DNA of 64,000 nt, from the NCBI GenBank assembly GCA_001599295.1, contig BCGN01000003.1, positions 1,736,001-1,800,000 on the forward strand. Reading direction: 5' to 3'. The DNA comes from Sporopachydermia quercuum (taxonomy: Eukaryota). This document shows positions 23,416-35,483 of this stretch, one piece after another. Position 1 is the first letter of the stretch, and every line of letters starts with the position of its first letter. The translations under genes were made by a program, and so were the position numbers. A model generated the notes under the pieces. It was not told the origin of the DNA. It searched no databases and worked only from the letters and a program-made list of their open reading frames with translations.

Positions 23416-23618
23416 ATGTTGCCTCCTGGAGTTATTCTTGTCTTCTGCATTCTTTTCGTTGTTGGTATGTTGTGAATTGTATATGAATTTGAAGTAACGG
23501 TGAAGCTACCACCATCACCATCTGGGAAGAGATATACTAACAATCTACAGGATGCGGTATCTTTGCATTCGCTATCCACAAGCACCTTAAGAAGAGAAAG
23601 TCTGTCCAACAATTCTAG
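23416..23618 (+). CDS. PMP1: Plasma-membrane H+-ATPase regulatory proteolipid (Pmp1/Pmp2 family), 38 aa; exons 23416-23464 and 23551-23618
   Basis: Spliced product MLPPGVILVFCILFVVGCGIFAFAIHKHLKKRKSVQQF follows the Pmp1 pattern (LPxGVILVF, one TM helix, basic tail, terminal QxF). Intron GTATGT..TACTAAC..CAG. Confidence 0.92.
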
Positions 23619-25876
23619 ATAACAAAGACGGAAATATGATTACAGTTCAATGAATGTGGAAGGTGTATTGGACTCACCAGTAGGAGACTTGACTCATTGC
23701 ATTTACATTTATGTGTGCATAGACAACACCTTTTTGATGATATGACCAATTCATCTCGCGTATCTGTTCAAAATATTTTTTATTGGTTTTATATCTGTGT
23801 TTTCTTTGTTTAAGTTTAATTATTAATCTATAATTTCTATATCAATCAGTGTAAAGTACAGCATAGTATTGTAGTTAGAGCAAGTGGTGCACGTCTGTTT
23901 TCTGTTGAGAAAAACCAAATGTACTTCTGAGCATTAGAGGACTGGATAATTGTGCACTATCGAAGCTCTCGATCAGGATGAACCATTATTAACTGATAGA
24001 TAATAGGTGCCTATCCTCTTGGCTTGCATCCCTACTGACTAAAATGAATTCTAAGTAAACGAGCAATCTATGAAGAAATCTTTCTGACTGATAGCTATGA
24101 GAGTTGTCTGATAAACCTACAAATAATATTCTCCATAAAACTAGTTTTATATACACTCATCAATTGTTCTATTCTATATGCTAGGCTCTTCAGTAATAGT
24201 AATTCTTAATGGCATATCTACATATGCTACTAAAGATAAGAATAGGAGGTATGTGCATACTGCATTCACTTTACCCCTACCATTACCTATAGCTTACTAT
24301 GCCTGACCCGCTAACAAAGCGCTTTGGTCTTTCTTGCTAAAATACAAACGAGAAATCCTTTCCAGTCGTCTAATTAATATATAGGATTTTGCTCTATCTC
24401 TACACTCTCTCATTCTACTTCATGCACACTCGGTCTTCGGAACCAGTGTTTTCCTTAGAGCCTCAATAGTCCATAAGATTGTCANTTGGGATTCCTTGAA
24501 TATCTATAAAGCAGGACTAAAGGAGAAAGAAAACAGGTTTTCGGCCCGATTCATACAAAAAGTAACCAAATAAAGCATGTCCGAAAATCATTCTGAAAAG
24601 AAGTCAAAGTGTCCCATTGTTATGACATCCCCTGTCCATGATTACAGAACAAGATTTGAGTAGAGATGTGTAGTTCCGACGATAGATAGGTACCTACTTC
24701 ATCCAGGTACGATTATTGTAAAATCCGTTTGGAGGTGCATAATGAATCTCGGAAATATGAAACAGTGAATTATTATTATTTCATTGTCTTATTTCTATAC
24801 GTTGGACTTTTTTTCATGTCATACTTTCAACGATAAATCGCTGCAGCCGTTTCACGAACTTGGTGAGCCATACTGTTAGCCTGACATACAAAGGATCGTC
24901 ATGATGAAAACAACGCAGGAATTATTCAAATAAAGTATCAATTAACCAGAAAGCGATCATCTATTCAGGCCTGACATACAATTGTCTTACGCAATAATGT
25001 CTATGTACCTTACTTGTTTACCTTTCAAATATACGAACACTTAGAGTTTTCTATGGAAACCAAACCATGTTAATAGGTAAAGAGGCCTTTGAAGTGAGAC
25101 ATCAAGCTACAGGTTATGTCCGTGGCTGCCCTCAAGTGAAACTCCGGGTAACACCATCATCTATAACACATGCTGAAATATACAGCTCTGGCTCGTACAA
25201 TTTAGAATGGGCTGTCTATTACATGTTTACCGCTGAAAACTGCAAAGTTGGCCAATTAAAGTAATTGAAAATATTAATTAGTCTGAAAATAGTAGGATTT
25301 CACAAATTTGCCAGAAATTTCCTTTCTTGTATTCAATGATGAATTTTGCATATCGATCAATGTTCAATGGCAAAACATATACTTCTTTTCGTCTCATTAT
25401 CTTTGTAGGTCTAATTGATTATTTCTGAATCTAATTATCATCTGAATTCAAATAAATGATCACTATTCATTTTTTCTACTCTTAATCATTGATATACTCC
25501 TTACTGTATATGAGATTTATTAATCGTAGGTTGTCATGTCATATCATAGCAAAGTTAGCCAAACCTTATTCCAATTCATACATTGGTTTCTGAATACAGT
25601 TACAAATACCTATTTTTGTCTGTTTTGCCAGACTTGTACCCATTTTATATTTTTTATCCCTTTTCATTTTTAACCTTCACGCCTCTCTTCCTTAAAACAC
25701 TTGCCTTTTCCTTTCTTTCCTTTTTCAACCAAAAACTCTTTACTTATTTCTTCATTTGTTATCAATTGCTTCTTTGAAACAAAAACGTTAGAAAGGTATC
25801 ACTAAAGGTGCATCTGAGGTAGCTCGTATACTGTATAGAGATCAAACAATCGAATTAATCCTTGCAATAAATCAAG

Positions 25877-26319
25877 GTATGTTAATAATTAAAAGCGTTT
25901 GGATGTTTGCTGTTGAATGTTGTTGTTGATTGTTTTTATTTGACTGGTACCGATTTTTACCACTTACTGGAGCATGAAGTTTGTCCTATTACGACAGGAT
26001 CATGATGGTGTCTATCCCAATGCGGATGACTAGTAAAGTATCGAGATGAATACTTTTATTTGCACATGCGATTGGTGAATGGTTACTGGTATAGATATGT
26101 TGATGCAAATCGTTGTATGCTGTATTAGAATATTCTGTTGTATTGGTAATTCAACTATACATAATCACCAATGACAGAGGCAATTGAAAGCAGTTAGATT
26201 GGGAAGAACAATGGAATAACAATCAAGATATAACTGGACCATCGTAACAACAACAATACTTGTCAAAGCATCATTGTATAACCCTTTCATTATGACTATC
26301 GATACTAACAATGATGTAG
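25877..26319 (+). other. 5' UTR intron of MCM1 (443 nt)
   Basis: AAG|GTATGT donor, TACTAAC at 26303-26309, TAG acceptor directly abutting the ATG at 26320. Confidence 0.75.
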
Positions 26320-27012
26320 ATGTCTGAAAAAGAAACATTTGACGATCATACCAAGGTCGAAGATTCAGGAAGTGGAATCAACAACGCCGCTCCAACTGAA
26401 GAAGGGGAATATGATGAAGAAGAAGGAGGAGCAGGAACTGGTGCTAAGTCCCGTGAAAGAAGAAAGATTGAAATCAGATTTATCCAAGATAAGTCCCGTC
26501 GTCATATTACGTTCTCGAAGAGAAAGGCAGGTATTATGAAGAAAGCCTACGAACTTTCTGTTCTAACTGGTACTCAAGTTCTATTACTTGTTGTATCAGA
26601 AACTGGTCTTGTCTATACATTCACTACACCAAAATTACAACCTCTGGTGACAAAGCCTGAAGGTAAGAATTTAATTCAAGCTTGTCTTAATGCTCCAGAA
26701 GAACCATCTGAATCAAATGAAGATGATCAAGCACAAGCGCAGGCTCAAGCACAACAACAACAAGCTCAACAAGCACAACAGCAAGCACAACAACAGCAAC
26801 AACAACAACAACCTCAAGTTCCTCAACAGCCTCCTGTTCCAGGTCAATTACCTCCTCAATACCAACAACCTGTTCCTGGCCAAAATGGTCCTATACCCCC
26901 AAACTATATGAACCCAGAAGCACATCCTGGTGTGTACCCACCTTATTACAATGGAATGCCAGCTCAGCAAAACCCCGGTTATGTTCCTCGTCACTATCAA
27001 GGTGGTCAATAA
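26320..27012 (+). CDS. MCM1: MADS-box transcription factor Mcm1
   Basis: ERRKIEIRFIQDKSRRHITFSKRKAGIMKKAYELSVLTGTQVLLLVVSETGLVYTFTTPK followed by a Q/P-rich tail. Confidence 0.98.
   Translation: MSEKETFDDHTKVEDSGSGINNAAPTEEGEYDEEEGGAGTGAKSRERRKIEIRFIQDKSRRHITFSKRKAGIMKKAYELSVLTGTQVLLLVVSETGLVYTFTTPKLQPLVTKPEGKNLIQACLNAPEEPSESNEDDQAQAQAQAQQQQAQQAQQQAQQQQQQQQPQVPQQPPVPGQLPPQYQQPVPGQNGPIPPNYMNPEAHPGVYPPYYNGMPAQQNPGYVPRHYQGGQ
26728..26811 (+). repeat. Coding CAA/GCA-rich repeat (poly-Q/QA tract) in MCM1
   Basis: Encodes QAQAQAQAQQQQAQQAQQQAQQQQQQQQ. Confidence 0.85.
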
Positions 27013-27552
27013 CTAACATAATCATGTATCAGATTCAGCTCAAACTATAAACGTTAAGACGAACCGAATACTCCTAGAGCAAACAACAATGCTTAGAAGG
27101 AAAATGTCATTCTAACTACGTCTCGGAATGTTTCCCAATTGAAACTGTTGAGTCTGTTGCTGTATATTGATCTGCGTTGAGTGTTGTCTATGGTAAGTTT
27201 CAAATGACCCTTCTCTTATCTCTGTTTGGGTAGCCTTATCTCAAGGCATAAATATTGTATGTACTATTTATATCTTTTCTTCATTCTTTTAGTCTTCTTA
27301 TATAACGTTAATCTTTTTTATCAATTGTTTTATCTGGTTTTCGTTGTATCTCTAATCGTTTATTTTGATTGTATTTCTCTGCTATTGTTATGAGTAACTG
27401 CTTTTCATTGTAGACTTTGTTTTCTGTATCTTTCTGAGTCTAATTACCAATTAGGAATCTGTAAACAAATAGAATGTATGATGTGAATCTCCCCTTTTTT
27501 GGAATAGCGGATAATATAGAAACAGTAATTGCTTGAAGAAATAATTGAGCTG

Positions 27553-27775
27553 TGTCAAAAGGTAATAAAACTAGTTTGATAAACGGAGAAAGAAAATTCT
27601 TTCAGTAAAGGCTGTTCAATTGAGAGCTCAAAAAGAACCTCTTGGGAGCTGTTGTCCCATAAACGACAACAGCTTTGACAGATCAACGGCAGGCAATACT
27701 TGTTGTCTGCCTCTATTTCTAAAACACGTATTCTAGTAGTTGAAATTTAAAATTAATTAAGAATTTCAACTGCTG
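27553..27775 (+). ncRNA. Candidate structured RNA (unassigned)
   Basis: Three consecutive hairpins of 10, 10 and 15 bp; every non-Watson-Crick pair is G.U on the + strand. See findings. Confidence 0.35.
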
Positions 27776-28839
27776 TAGTAAAAAAAATGTCTAAAACCTG
27801 AAACGTACCAGTAGTCATTACTTCGCTGTAGCAGAGAATAGCGTTGTTATCATTAAACCACTACTTCCATGAGAACAATGGAGGAATAATTTCGGATATA
27901 ATAGTTCTAACAGTTCCAATGCCTATTATCATTTCCGGAAACACTAGTGAATAGCCATAGTATGGAGGCAGTTTCGCTACTCATAAATTTATCTCCAACT
28001 AAAAATCCACGCCATTAATCCGCAAGTAGCGAATTTACCTAAAATTGTTATTATATTCTTCTATTATCAACATCGAAGAAAAAGAACAGACAAACTACCA
28101 GCTCGTTACTACAGCATCTGTGTCATATCTTTTCTTAGATATCACATGCCATTCTGGCAACATGATGATACCCCTAAGAAGTCTTTGTGATACCCCCGCA
28201 CTGATGACCTCTTTTCTGACTTGCGTATGTATGCATGCATTGTGCGTATGCACTTTAGCAGTTCCATATACTCATCTCTCTACTTGTCAAAAAGTAAACT
28301 AACAAAAACCATCAAACAGGCAAATAAAAAGAAGGAAATTTTACAGCATGTAACAAAAAATAAGGCTTTTTTTTTCTTTTTTTTTTGCCGATTATTGTCA
28401 GGTATTATTTTCTTTCTAATCATCTAAGTAATATGATCGGCATCTCCATCATCCTACAGATCCTAATTAAACTCTAGTCACCCCATACAGAAATGTGCAT
28501 GATACCGCATCATCCTATTTCACTTCTAGCAAGGGATCCATCCAACTTGTGTCAATTGCTGTCGTCTTTGTTCCTTGTTCCTACTCAAATTCCCCATCTC
28601 TACTAACTACAATTACCATCGCTATAACATGTCCACTGTTAACATTGTTCGCATTTGAACATTATTTCAAGTCATCACTACCTCCTTGCACAAAGTAAAT
28701 CCAAAATAGATTTTCTATTGGTTAGCTGAGTCTCATTGTCTTTCGTTTAGCAATTGAGACATATATCATCGCATCTAATTCGACTGTATCTAGATCATAT
28801 TACTATCTACACCAACCAGCCAACTAGACAGTAACTACA

Positions 28840-30510
28840 ATGACCACTATTGTTCCAACAACACCTTTTGAGGGCCAAAAACCGGGTACATCTGGTTTGA
28901 GAAAAAAAGTGACAGTTTTTCAACAACCGCACTATACTGAAAACTTCTTACAATCGATCTTTGCATCTATTCCTGAAGGTGCTGAGGGCGCTACATTAGT
29001 TGTTGGTGGTGATGGACGTTATTACAACAAAACTGTCATTCAACTGATTGCGAAGATCGGTGCTGCTAATGGGGTCAAAAAGCTCATCATTGGAAGAGAA
29101 GGGATCTTGTCGACTCCTGCCACTTCTCACGTCATTAGAACCTATGAAAATACCACTGGTGGTATCATTCTTACTGCTTCCCATAATCCTGGCGGAGAAA
29201 AGAATGATTTGGGTATTAAATACAATTTGGCCAACGGTGGTCCTGCCCCTGAATCTGTAACCAACAAAATGTGGGAATACTCTAAAGCTATCACTGAATA
29301 CAAGATTGTTTCTGATTTACCAGAAATTGATATCGATACTGTTGGTACTGCTACCTATGGCTCATTGACTGTTCAGATTATTGACTCCGTCAAGGATTAC
29401 GTTGATATGTTGAAGGATATTTTTGATTTTGATCTAATCAAATCCTTTGCTGCCAGCAATCCAAGCTTTACTATGCTTTTTGATGGTTTACATGGTGTCA
29501 CTGGCCCTTATGGTGAAGCAATCTTCGTCAATGAATTGGGATTACCCAAAACTTCTATTCAAAACTGCAATCCTTTGCCAGACTTTGGCGGATTTCACCC
29601 TGATCCTAACTTAACGTATGCAAAGACTCTTGTGGACAAGGTTGATGCCAATTCTATTCCTTTTGGTGCTGCTTCTGATGGCGATGGTGACCGTAATATG
29701 ATCTACGGAGCTAATACGTTTGTTTCTCCTGGTGATTCAGTTGCTATTATTGCCCACTACGCTGATTTGATTCCTTATTTCAAGAAGCAAGGTGTTTTCG
29801 GTCTTGCAAGATCAATGCCAACTTCTGGGGCTTTAGATTTAGTCGCCAAGGCTAAAGGTCTGAATATCTACGAAGTTCCTACTGGCTGGAAGTTCTTTTG
29901 TGCTTTATTTGACTCTAATAAGCTTTCTATATGTGGAGAAGAATCTTTTGGCACTGGTTCCAATCATATCAGAGAAAAAGACGGTTTATGGGCCATTGTT
30001 GCTTGGTTGAATATCATTGCTGGTGTTGCTAAGAGCTCTGGTGCTGAGAAGGCTTCTATTTCGGCCATCCAAAAGGACTTCTGGAACACTTACGGCAGAA
30101 CATTCTTTACTAGATATGACTATGAAGGTGTTGATTCAAACGGTGCTAACGAGCTAATCGACACTTTGAAAGCTAAGATTGAAGATACGTCGTTTGTTGG
30201 ATCTGAGCCAGCTCCTGGTTTTAAAGTAGTCGAGGCTGATGACTTCTCTTACACCGATTTAGATGGTAGTGTATCAGCTCATCAAGGACTATATGTCAAG
30301 TTTGAGAATGGGGTAAGAATTGTCACCAGACTCAGTGGTACTGGAAGTTCTGGTGCTACTATTAGATTATACATTGAACAGTATGAAAAAGATAAGACTA
30401 AGTATGATTTAAGTGCTGAAGAATATCTTCAAACTAGTATCAAATTTGCTGTGAAGTTCCTTGGATTCCAGAAGTTTGTTGGTGTAGAAGAACCCAATGT
30501 CAAGACATAA
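28840..30510 (+). CDS. PGM2: Phosphoglucomutase
   Basis: QKPGTSGLRKK, active-site TASHNPGG, metal-binding DGDGDR, CGEESFGTG; strongly biased codon usage. Confidence 0.97.
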   Translation: MTTIVPTTPFEGQKPGTSGLRKKVTVFQQPHYTENFLQSIFASIPEGAEGATLVVGGDGRYYNKTVIQLIAKIGAANGVKKLIIGREGILSTPATSHVIRTYENTTGGIILTASHNPGGEKNDLGIKYNLANGGPAPESVTNKMWEYSKAITEYKIVSDLPEIDIDTVGTATYGSLTVQIIDSVKDYVDMLKDIFDFDLIKSFAASNPSFTMLFDGLHGVTGPYGEAIFVNELGLPKTSIQNCNPLPDFGGFHPDPNLTYAKTLVDKVDANSIPFGAASDGDGDRNMIYGANTFVSPGDSVAIIAHYADLIPYFKKQGVFGLARSMPTSGALDLVAKAKGLNIYEVPTGWKFFCALFDSNKLSICGEESFGTGSNHIREKDGLWAIVAWLNIIAGVAKSSGAEKASISAIQKDFWNTYGRTFFTRYDYEGVDSNGANELIDTLKAKIEDTSFVGSEPAPGFKVVEADDFSYTDLDGSVSAHQGLYVKFENGVRIVTRLSGTGSSGATIRLYIEQYEKDKTKYDLSAEEYLQTSIKFAVKFLGFQKFVGVEEPNVKT

Positions 30511-31137
30511 GTTAAGACATAAGTCAAAACGATACATAACATAAATGATATGAGACGAAATCAATATTTTGAATAAATCAAGAGATATAACGGAATAATG
30601 CAAGCTATAATACATAAAGTAAAATATGATTTATTATAACACTATATGTTTAAGAGCATATACTTCTAGTTCTACGAGCTTATGCTGTATGCCTACAATG
30701 TAAATGTCCCCAGTACAATTAACTCATCAAAACGAGCACTCATTATGTACAGGAAGCTTTGAAATCTATGACAATTATGGTTTTGAGTACCATAACTATA
30801 TCTCGACTATCTTATTTCATTATTAGCAAACCAGACTACTATTGTAGCAATAACTACGGTAGCTATACAAAATAAATATAGATATGATAGCTATAATCAT
30901 GATGCCTATCACTATTATAACTAATATAACTATTATTAAGATCATAACTAGTGCAATCATTATCATTATTATAACTGGTGTGACGATTATATGATACCTT
31001 CAATCTTCTAATCTCAGTTCAAATGATCTAGAACAAATTATCTGTATCAGTATGTCTCACATCCATAAATCACCGTTCTCTTACCAGATATTTTTCTTCC
31101 CGTTCTCATCATTTCTGTTATCATCTCCTGTTATCAT

Positions 31138-33521
31138 CTATTTTTCACCTAATGCCAGCAAATCATCCAAATCCAATACCTCATTACTGTTGTTATTACT
31201 AGTTTCTCTACCTATTCGTCCTGTTCCTTTCTCCTTCACAACAAGCTTCACATCTGACAGTTCCACCAATCTACTAAATAACGAATCAAAATACTCATCT
31301 AAGAGCTTTTCTGGAGGGTAAGCATATTTAATCAAGACTGGCTGAACCGGTGGGATCAAATCGTTCAGTTCTCTACCTATCTCATCAGGATTATCACCAA
31401 TGACATCTAATGCAGGATTATCTGCACCATCGTCATCACCATTGCTTCCTTTACTAGAGTTAATCCTAGACCCATTTCTGCCTTTATTTACAGCATTTTC
31501 AGCTTTTTTCCTCTCCGCTGCTTGTTTTTCTTTCACAGCTATACTTCTCATCAGTAGCAATTGTCTTTCATCAGCCTCTAACGCTACATTCTTTATACTA
31601 TCAGCTAATCTATGAACCAGAGCATTATAGCTATCATCAACAGAAAACAATGATTCATCTCCGAGATCCAATTCCAGCATATCAACAAACAAATCCATTG
31701 AATCCTGGAGCTCTTTTGAAGGCAATCTTGGATGATTAGGTCCTAAATTCTTGCCTGAAGTACTGAACACTTTAGTTATCATACCGAATCTCGCCAGTTT
31801 CAAATCTTCAGCAAACGGTAATTTTGTCATCACAAAACAACGAATATCCGATCTTATCATTGGCAGCAAGGCTACCAATTGAACCATGTCACCATCCCGA
31901 TGAATATATCTTGCCAAAGCGTAACAATCAAGCTCTTCCAACGCTTGAGCCATAGAAGCAATAGCTGTTTGAGATCTAAGGTCTCCTCTAGCACCGCAGA
32001 GAATAGATGTTTCTTCCATGCCCATCCACAGTCTTAAAGAGCCAATAGGAGAAAACTGGATTATATCCAAGGACTGGAATGTCTGATACTTCACTGCATT
32101 TTGCTCTTCAGTGCTCATGAAAACAATGTCTTTACCATACTTATAGCCATGACTCAATGAAGCTGTATCTACAACCAGAGGATCAGCTGAATAGTTAGTG
32201 CGTCGAGTATGAGCGTTATCATCAGCATTTTCATCACAGCCCTTTGGCCGTACTATATATTCACGAATAAGCTTAATATCTTGTAAATCGTACTCATTTC
32301 GTGTCAGAGCACTATGAGGTCTTTTCTGAGATAGCTGTGAAGCAGCAAATATATCCTCAGCAGGTGGACAGTAGTACGTCTTCGCAGTTATAGGCATAGC
32401 CCGTTTAATCCCAGGATACGCTTCAACGTTAACTGTCAATGAATCAATCTCGTTTGAAGCGTTGTCTTCGTTGTCATCAGGCTGCCCCAGCGTTAGAGTA
32501 CCACTGAATATCTTGACTGGATTGATATCTTTAACCTGGGGCACGTCCAGTGATGCAGCAGCTTCAACAAACGATGCGTAAAGAGAATTGATTCCCGACA
32601 GATAATGGAGCCAGAAACTCTCTACATTGCGTTTTCCTTCAGGTTTTTCACCCGGATATTGATAGCCAATAGAAGGATCATCGAAATCTATGCCCAGAAG
32701 TTGTAATTGGATGTCATAGCCATTTAGTTCACTTTTCAGTTCTAGCAGTGTGTTCTCGTCAATATTGATAGGAGAAGTACCGTTGGTGATGACTACGATT
32801 TTTCTGATATATTTCAGTTTCCTGCAAAAGGTTATAATGGACTCGACTGCCATGATCAATGCCTCTGCCATATCTTTCGGGCTGCCCCCAGTGCTAGATG
32901 GTTTCATAGCTCTTTTGATCTGCTGTAGATCTTCGTAATCAATACTAGAAATAGTTAGACAAAAAACAATGAAAAACGATAACCGAGTGGAAAAATACGT
33001 GAACATTGGATATAAAAGCTTCTGATACGTACTTCTTCAAAGGTATTACTTCTAGTACTCCCTTCGATGTACTCTTCGGGTAGGACATGGCTCTAGAGTC
33101 TGTATGAACTGCTATCACACCGTTATATACAGTTTTTCTCCCCGTTAAAATCTAGGCAATTTCCTAATGGTTAGTAGATGATTATCACCAATTTAAGTTG
33201 TAATTTGAGCTATAAAATGCAATTTTTCTGCTATAGAAATGACAATTCATGATTAAAAACATACCCTTGAGCAGATTTGCTCATACATGAATTGCAGGCC
33301 CCATTGAAGGTCCGTTTTATCTCTGATTGGGTCTTTATGACCCATGCCGGATCCCACATCTATTATGTAGATTGTAGCCTGTTTCAATAAGGAAAAATGG
33401 TCAATTGGTTAGACTAGTACGCGTGAAAGAACAGAAAGCATTGATATTCCGGATGTGACTGATTGTTTGATTCTTCTCAATGCCCGAAGACCTGTAAGTT
33501 GCATACTTCTTTTTGGGCCAT
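31138..33521 (-). CDS. YKU80: Ku80; 4 exons (33521-33507, 33378-33265, 33151-33033, 32944-31138), about 684 aa
   Basis: Spliced N-terminus MAQKE-ATIYIIDVGSGMG (vWA), plus RKIVVITNG, GYKYGKDIV, ALARY and LPFAED. Three in-frame introns with GTATGC/GTATGT/GTACGT donors and CTAAC branches. Confidence 0.93.
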
Positions 33522-34216
33522 GTTTGAAAGCTAGTTTCGGCCGTGAGTTACTATACTAGTTGAAATTGCCGTTTGATAACAAATATAACGCGGAATAGTA
33601 TCATTTTTAGACTATTTTATATTACAATTGACACTGTTATGAAGGAAGAAATAGGTAGAATCAATTGATAGACGACAGAATAGTAGTGTCCTATGAGAGG
33701 TTACATTTGGAAGTAAGGTTTTAGAGTTCCAAAATAGCTTAACTTTAATTGGAAGTCTATTTTGAGTATTTGGGGGGCATTTCTGAAGACAGATGGGATG
33801 AATGTTTAGAGGAGTAAAGTTTGGATAATGGAGATATACCATACCATATAGAAGTATTGATTAATAAATATGATGAACCAATATGACGGTTGGCATATAT
33901 TTACAATTGGTATAAGTTGGTTTATATTTCTGTGTGATTAGAGTAAATGCTTTATCAAACAGGAACATCACTGCTTATAAACATATTCATGGAGTACTTA
34001 ATAGTCAGATCTGTTTTCAGACCACGTAATCAGAAATAAGGCCCCCCTAGTGATGGCAAATGAGAATCAATTTGATTCTTTCAAAGGTTTGAATATATTC
34101 CTATATAAGTAACAGAATATCAGTCTTTTTAGTATAGCTTCGACATTCAATCGTCATTCTGAAATTATTTCCANCGTTTCAATCGGCTTTTGATAACGAC
34201 TCGATCGACTTACTTC

Positions 34217-35483
34217 TCACACAGGTGGCTGAACTAGACTCAAGGCCTGTAGTACTATCATATCAACACTTAGCTTGCTGACCAATGTTGAAATCAACTC
34301 TACATCACTGCCCCATTGTAAACTCAACTCTTCACTCGGCTTCACCAATACAATCTTCATTGGTAGTAACTTCTGGGCAGCCGTTTTCACTATCGTAGGA
34401 GTAGCATACGTCATATTCACATACGCGCATAAACACCGTTCTAGTGCTATAAACTGTTTGATCACACGTACGTTGACACCTCCTGAGACAAATCTATTCA
34501 TCCTAAGATGAACAACGATATCCATTGTATACCGATAAATATCTGGTGTGATTTTCACTTTTTCCACTTTTCTGTTGAAACTGCTAAAACTGTCCTTTAC
34601 AGTGAGTTGGAGGTTTTTATATTTCCGTAGAGAAGGATCTAACGAACACCAGGAAACATCAGCTGTTTTCTTTTCCTCGCTACTTGAAGATACTTCAGGG
34701 ATATCATGAACTTGTCTGAACAGAAATTCATCTTGCTGTTCGTATAGTTTGGTTAGTAATTGCACTAATGATGGAAAGAATACACACCCATGGGAGTATT
34801 GGGAGTATAACAAAGAATTCATACAAGATAAGAATATAATTCTCCTTCGGTGCCATCAATATCTTCTATCACAGCAATGAGTGTAAATTCATCCCCTGTA
34901 GAATATTTGGTTCCTTCATATTCAATCCAACCATCAAACATGACCTGAAAAAAAAAGAACTAGTGTCAGTAATAAACACCTCAACCTGTATGGCCTGCAG
35001 CTTGTAGTTTATGCAATGTAACCATCATTAAACAAAGCATCATCATACCCTCAATAAAAACTGCTGCACCGGCAATTGTAATACATCTGGCTGTTTCAAT
35101 ATTATGAAATTATGCACACTCAGAGTTTTATTTTCAGTTTTCATAATGAGACCAGCAACAATATCAGCTATACTAGTTTCAGGGTTACATTCTATTGTCG
35201 TTCCTTTCCTTTGCCATAGTTGACCATACTTAGCAACAAGTGTTTATGTTAGACAAGGATCAGAAATACAACCAAATTATCTATCATTCCTTATGATAAC
35301 AAGCAAAAAAATCTAACATACTTTTATTAATGTCTTTTCGGTGTAACGCGGATTGGTACTCGATACAAGTAAACTACTACTAGAAGCAACTGTTATATAG
35401 CAAGCGATATAGAAATCATCGTTTATGTCTATGTCCAAGTTTTCTGCTATTGGCGCCAAAATTTCCATTACCGAGATTGCCAT
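34217..35483 (-). CDS. MTC2: Mtc2-like protein (degenerate AAA+/chelatase-lid family); 4 exons (35483-35322, 35228-35049, 34944-34825, 34735-34217), about 326 aa
   Basis: C-terminal DIVVHLRMNRFVSGG...YATPTIVKTAA...SLQWGSD pattern recalled from fungal Mtc2-like proteins. Three phase-0 introns (GTATGT/GTATGA..CTAAC/CTGAC..AG) give one open frame. Confidence 0.65.

Noticed and set aside
24901..24974. C box (ATGATGA) and D box (CTGA) about 70 nt apart, flanked by a repeated GCCTGACATACA
   Set aside because: No convincing terminal stem and no rRNA-complementary guide I can recognise; would need snoscan.
27193..27413. Possible 3' UTR intron of MCM1 (GTAAGT donor)
   Set aside because: No good CTAAC branch before the candidate acceptors.
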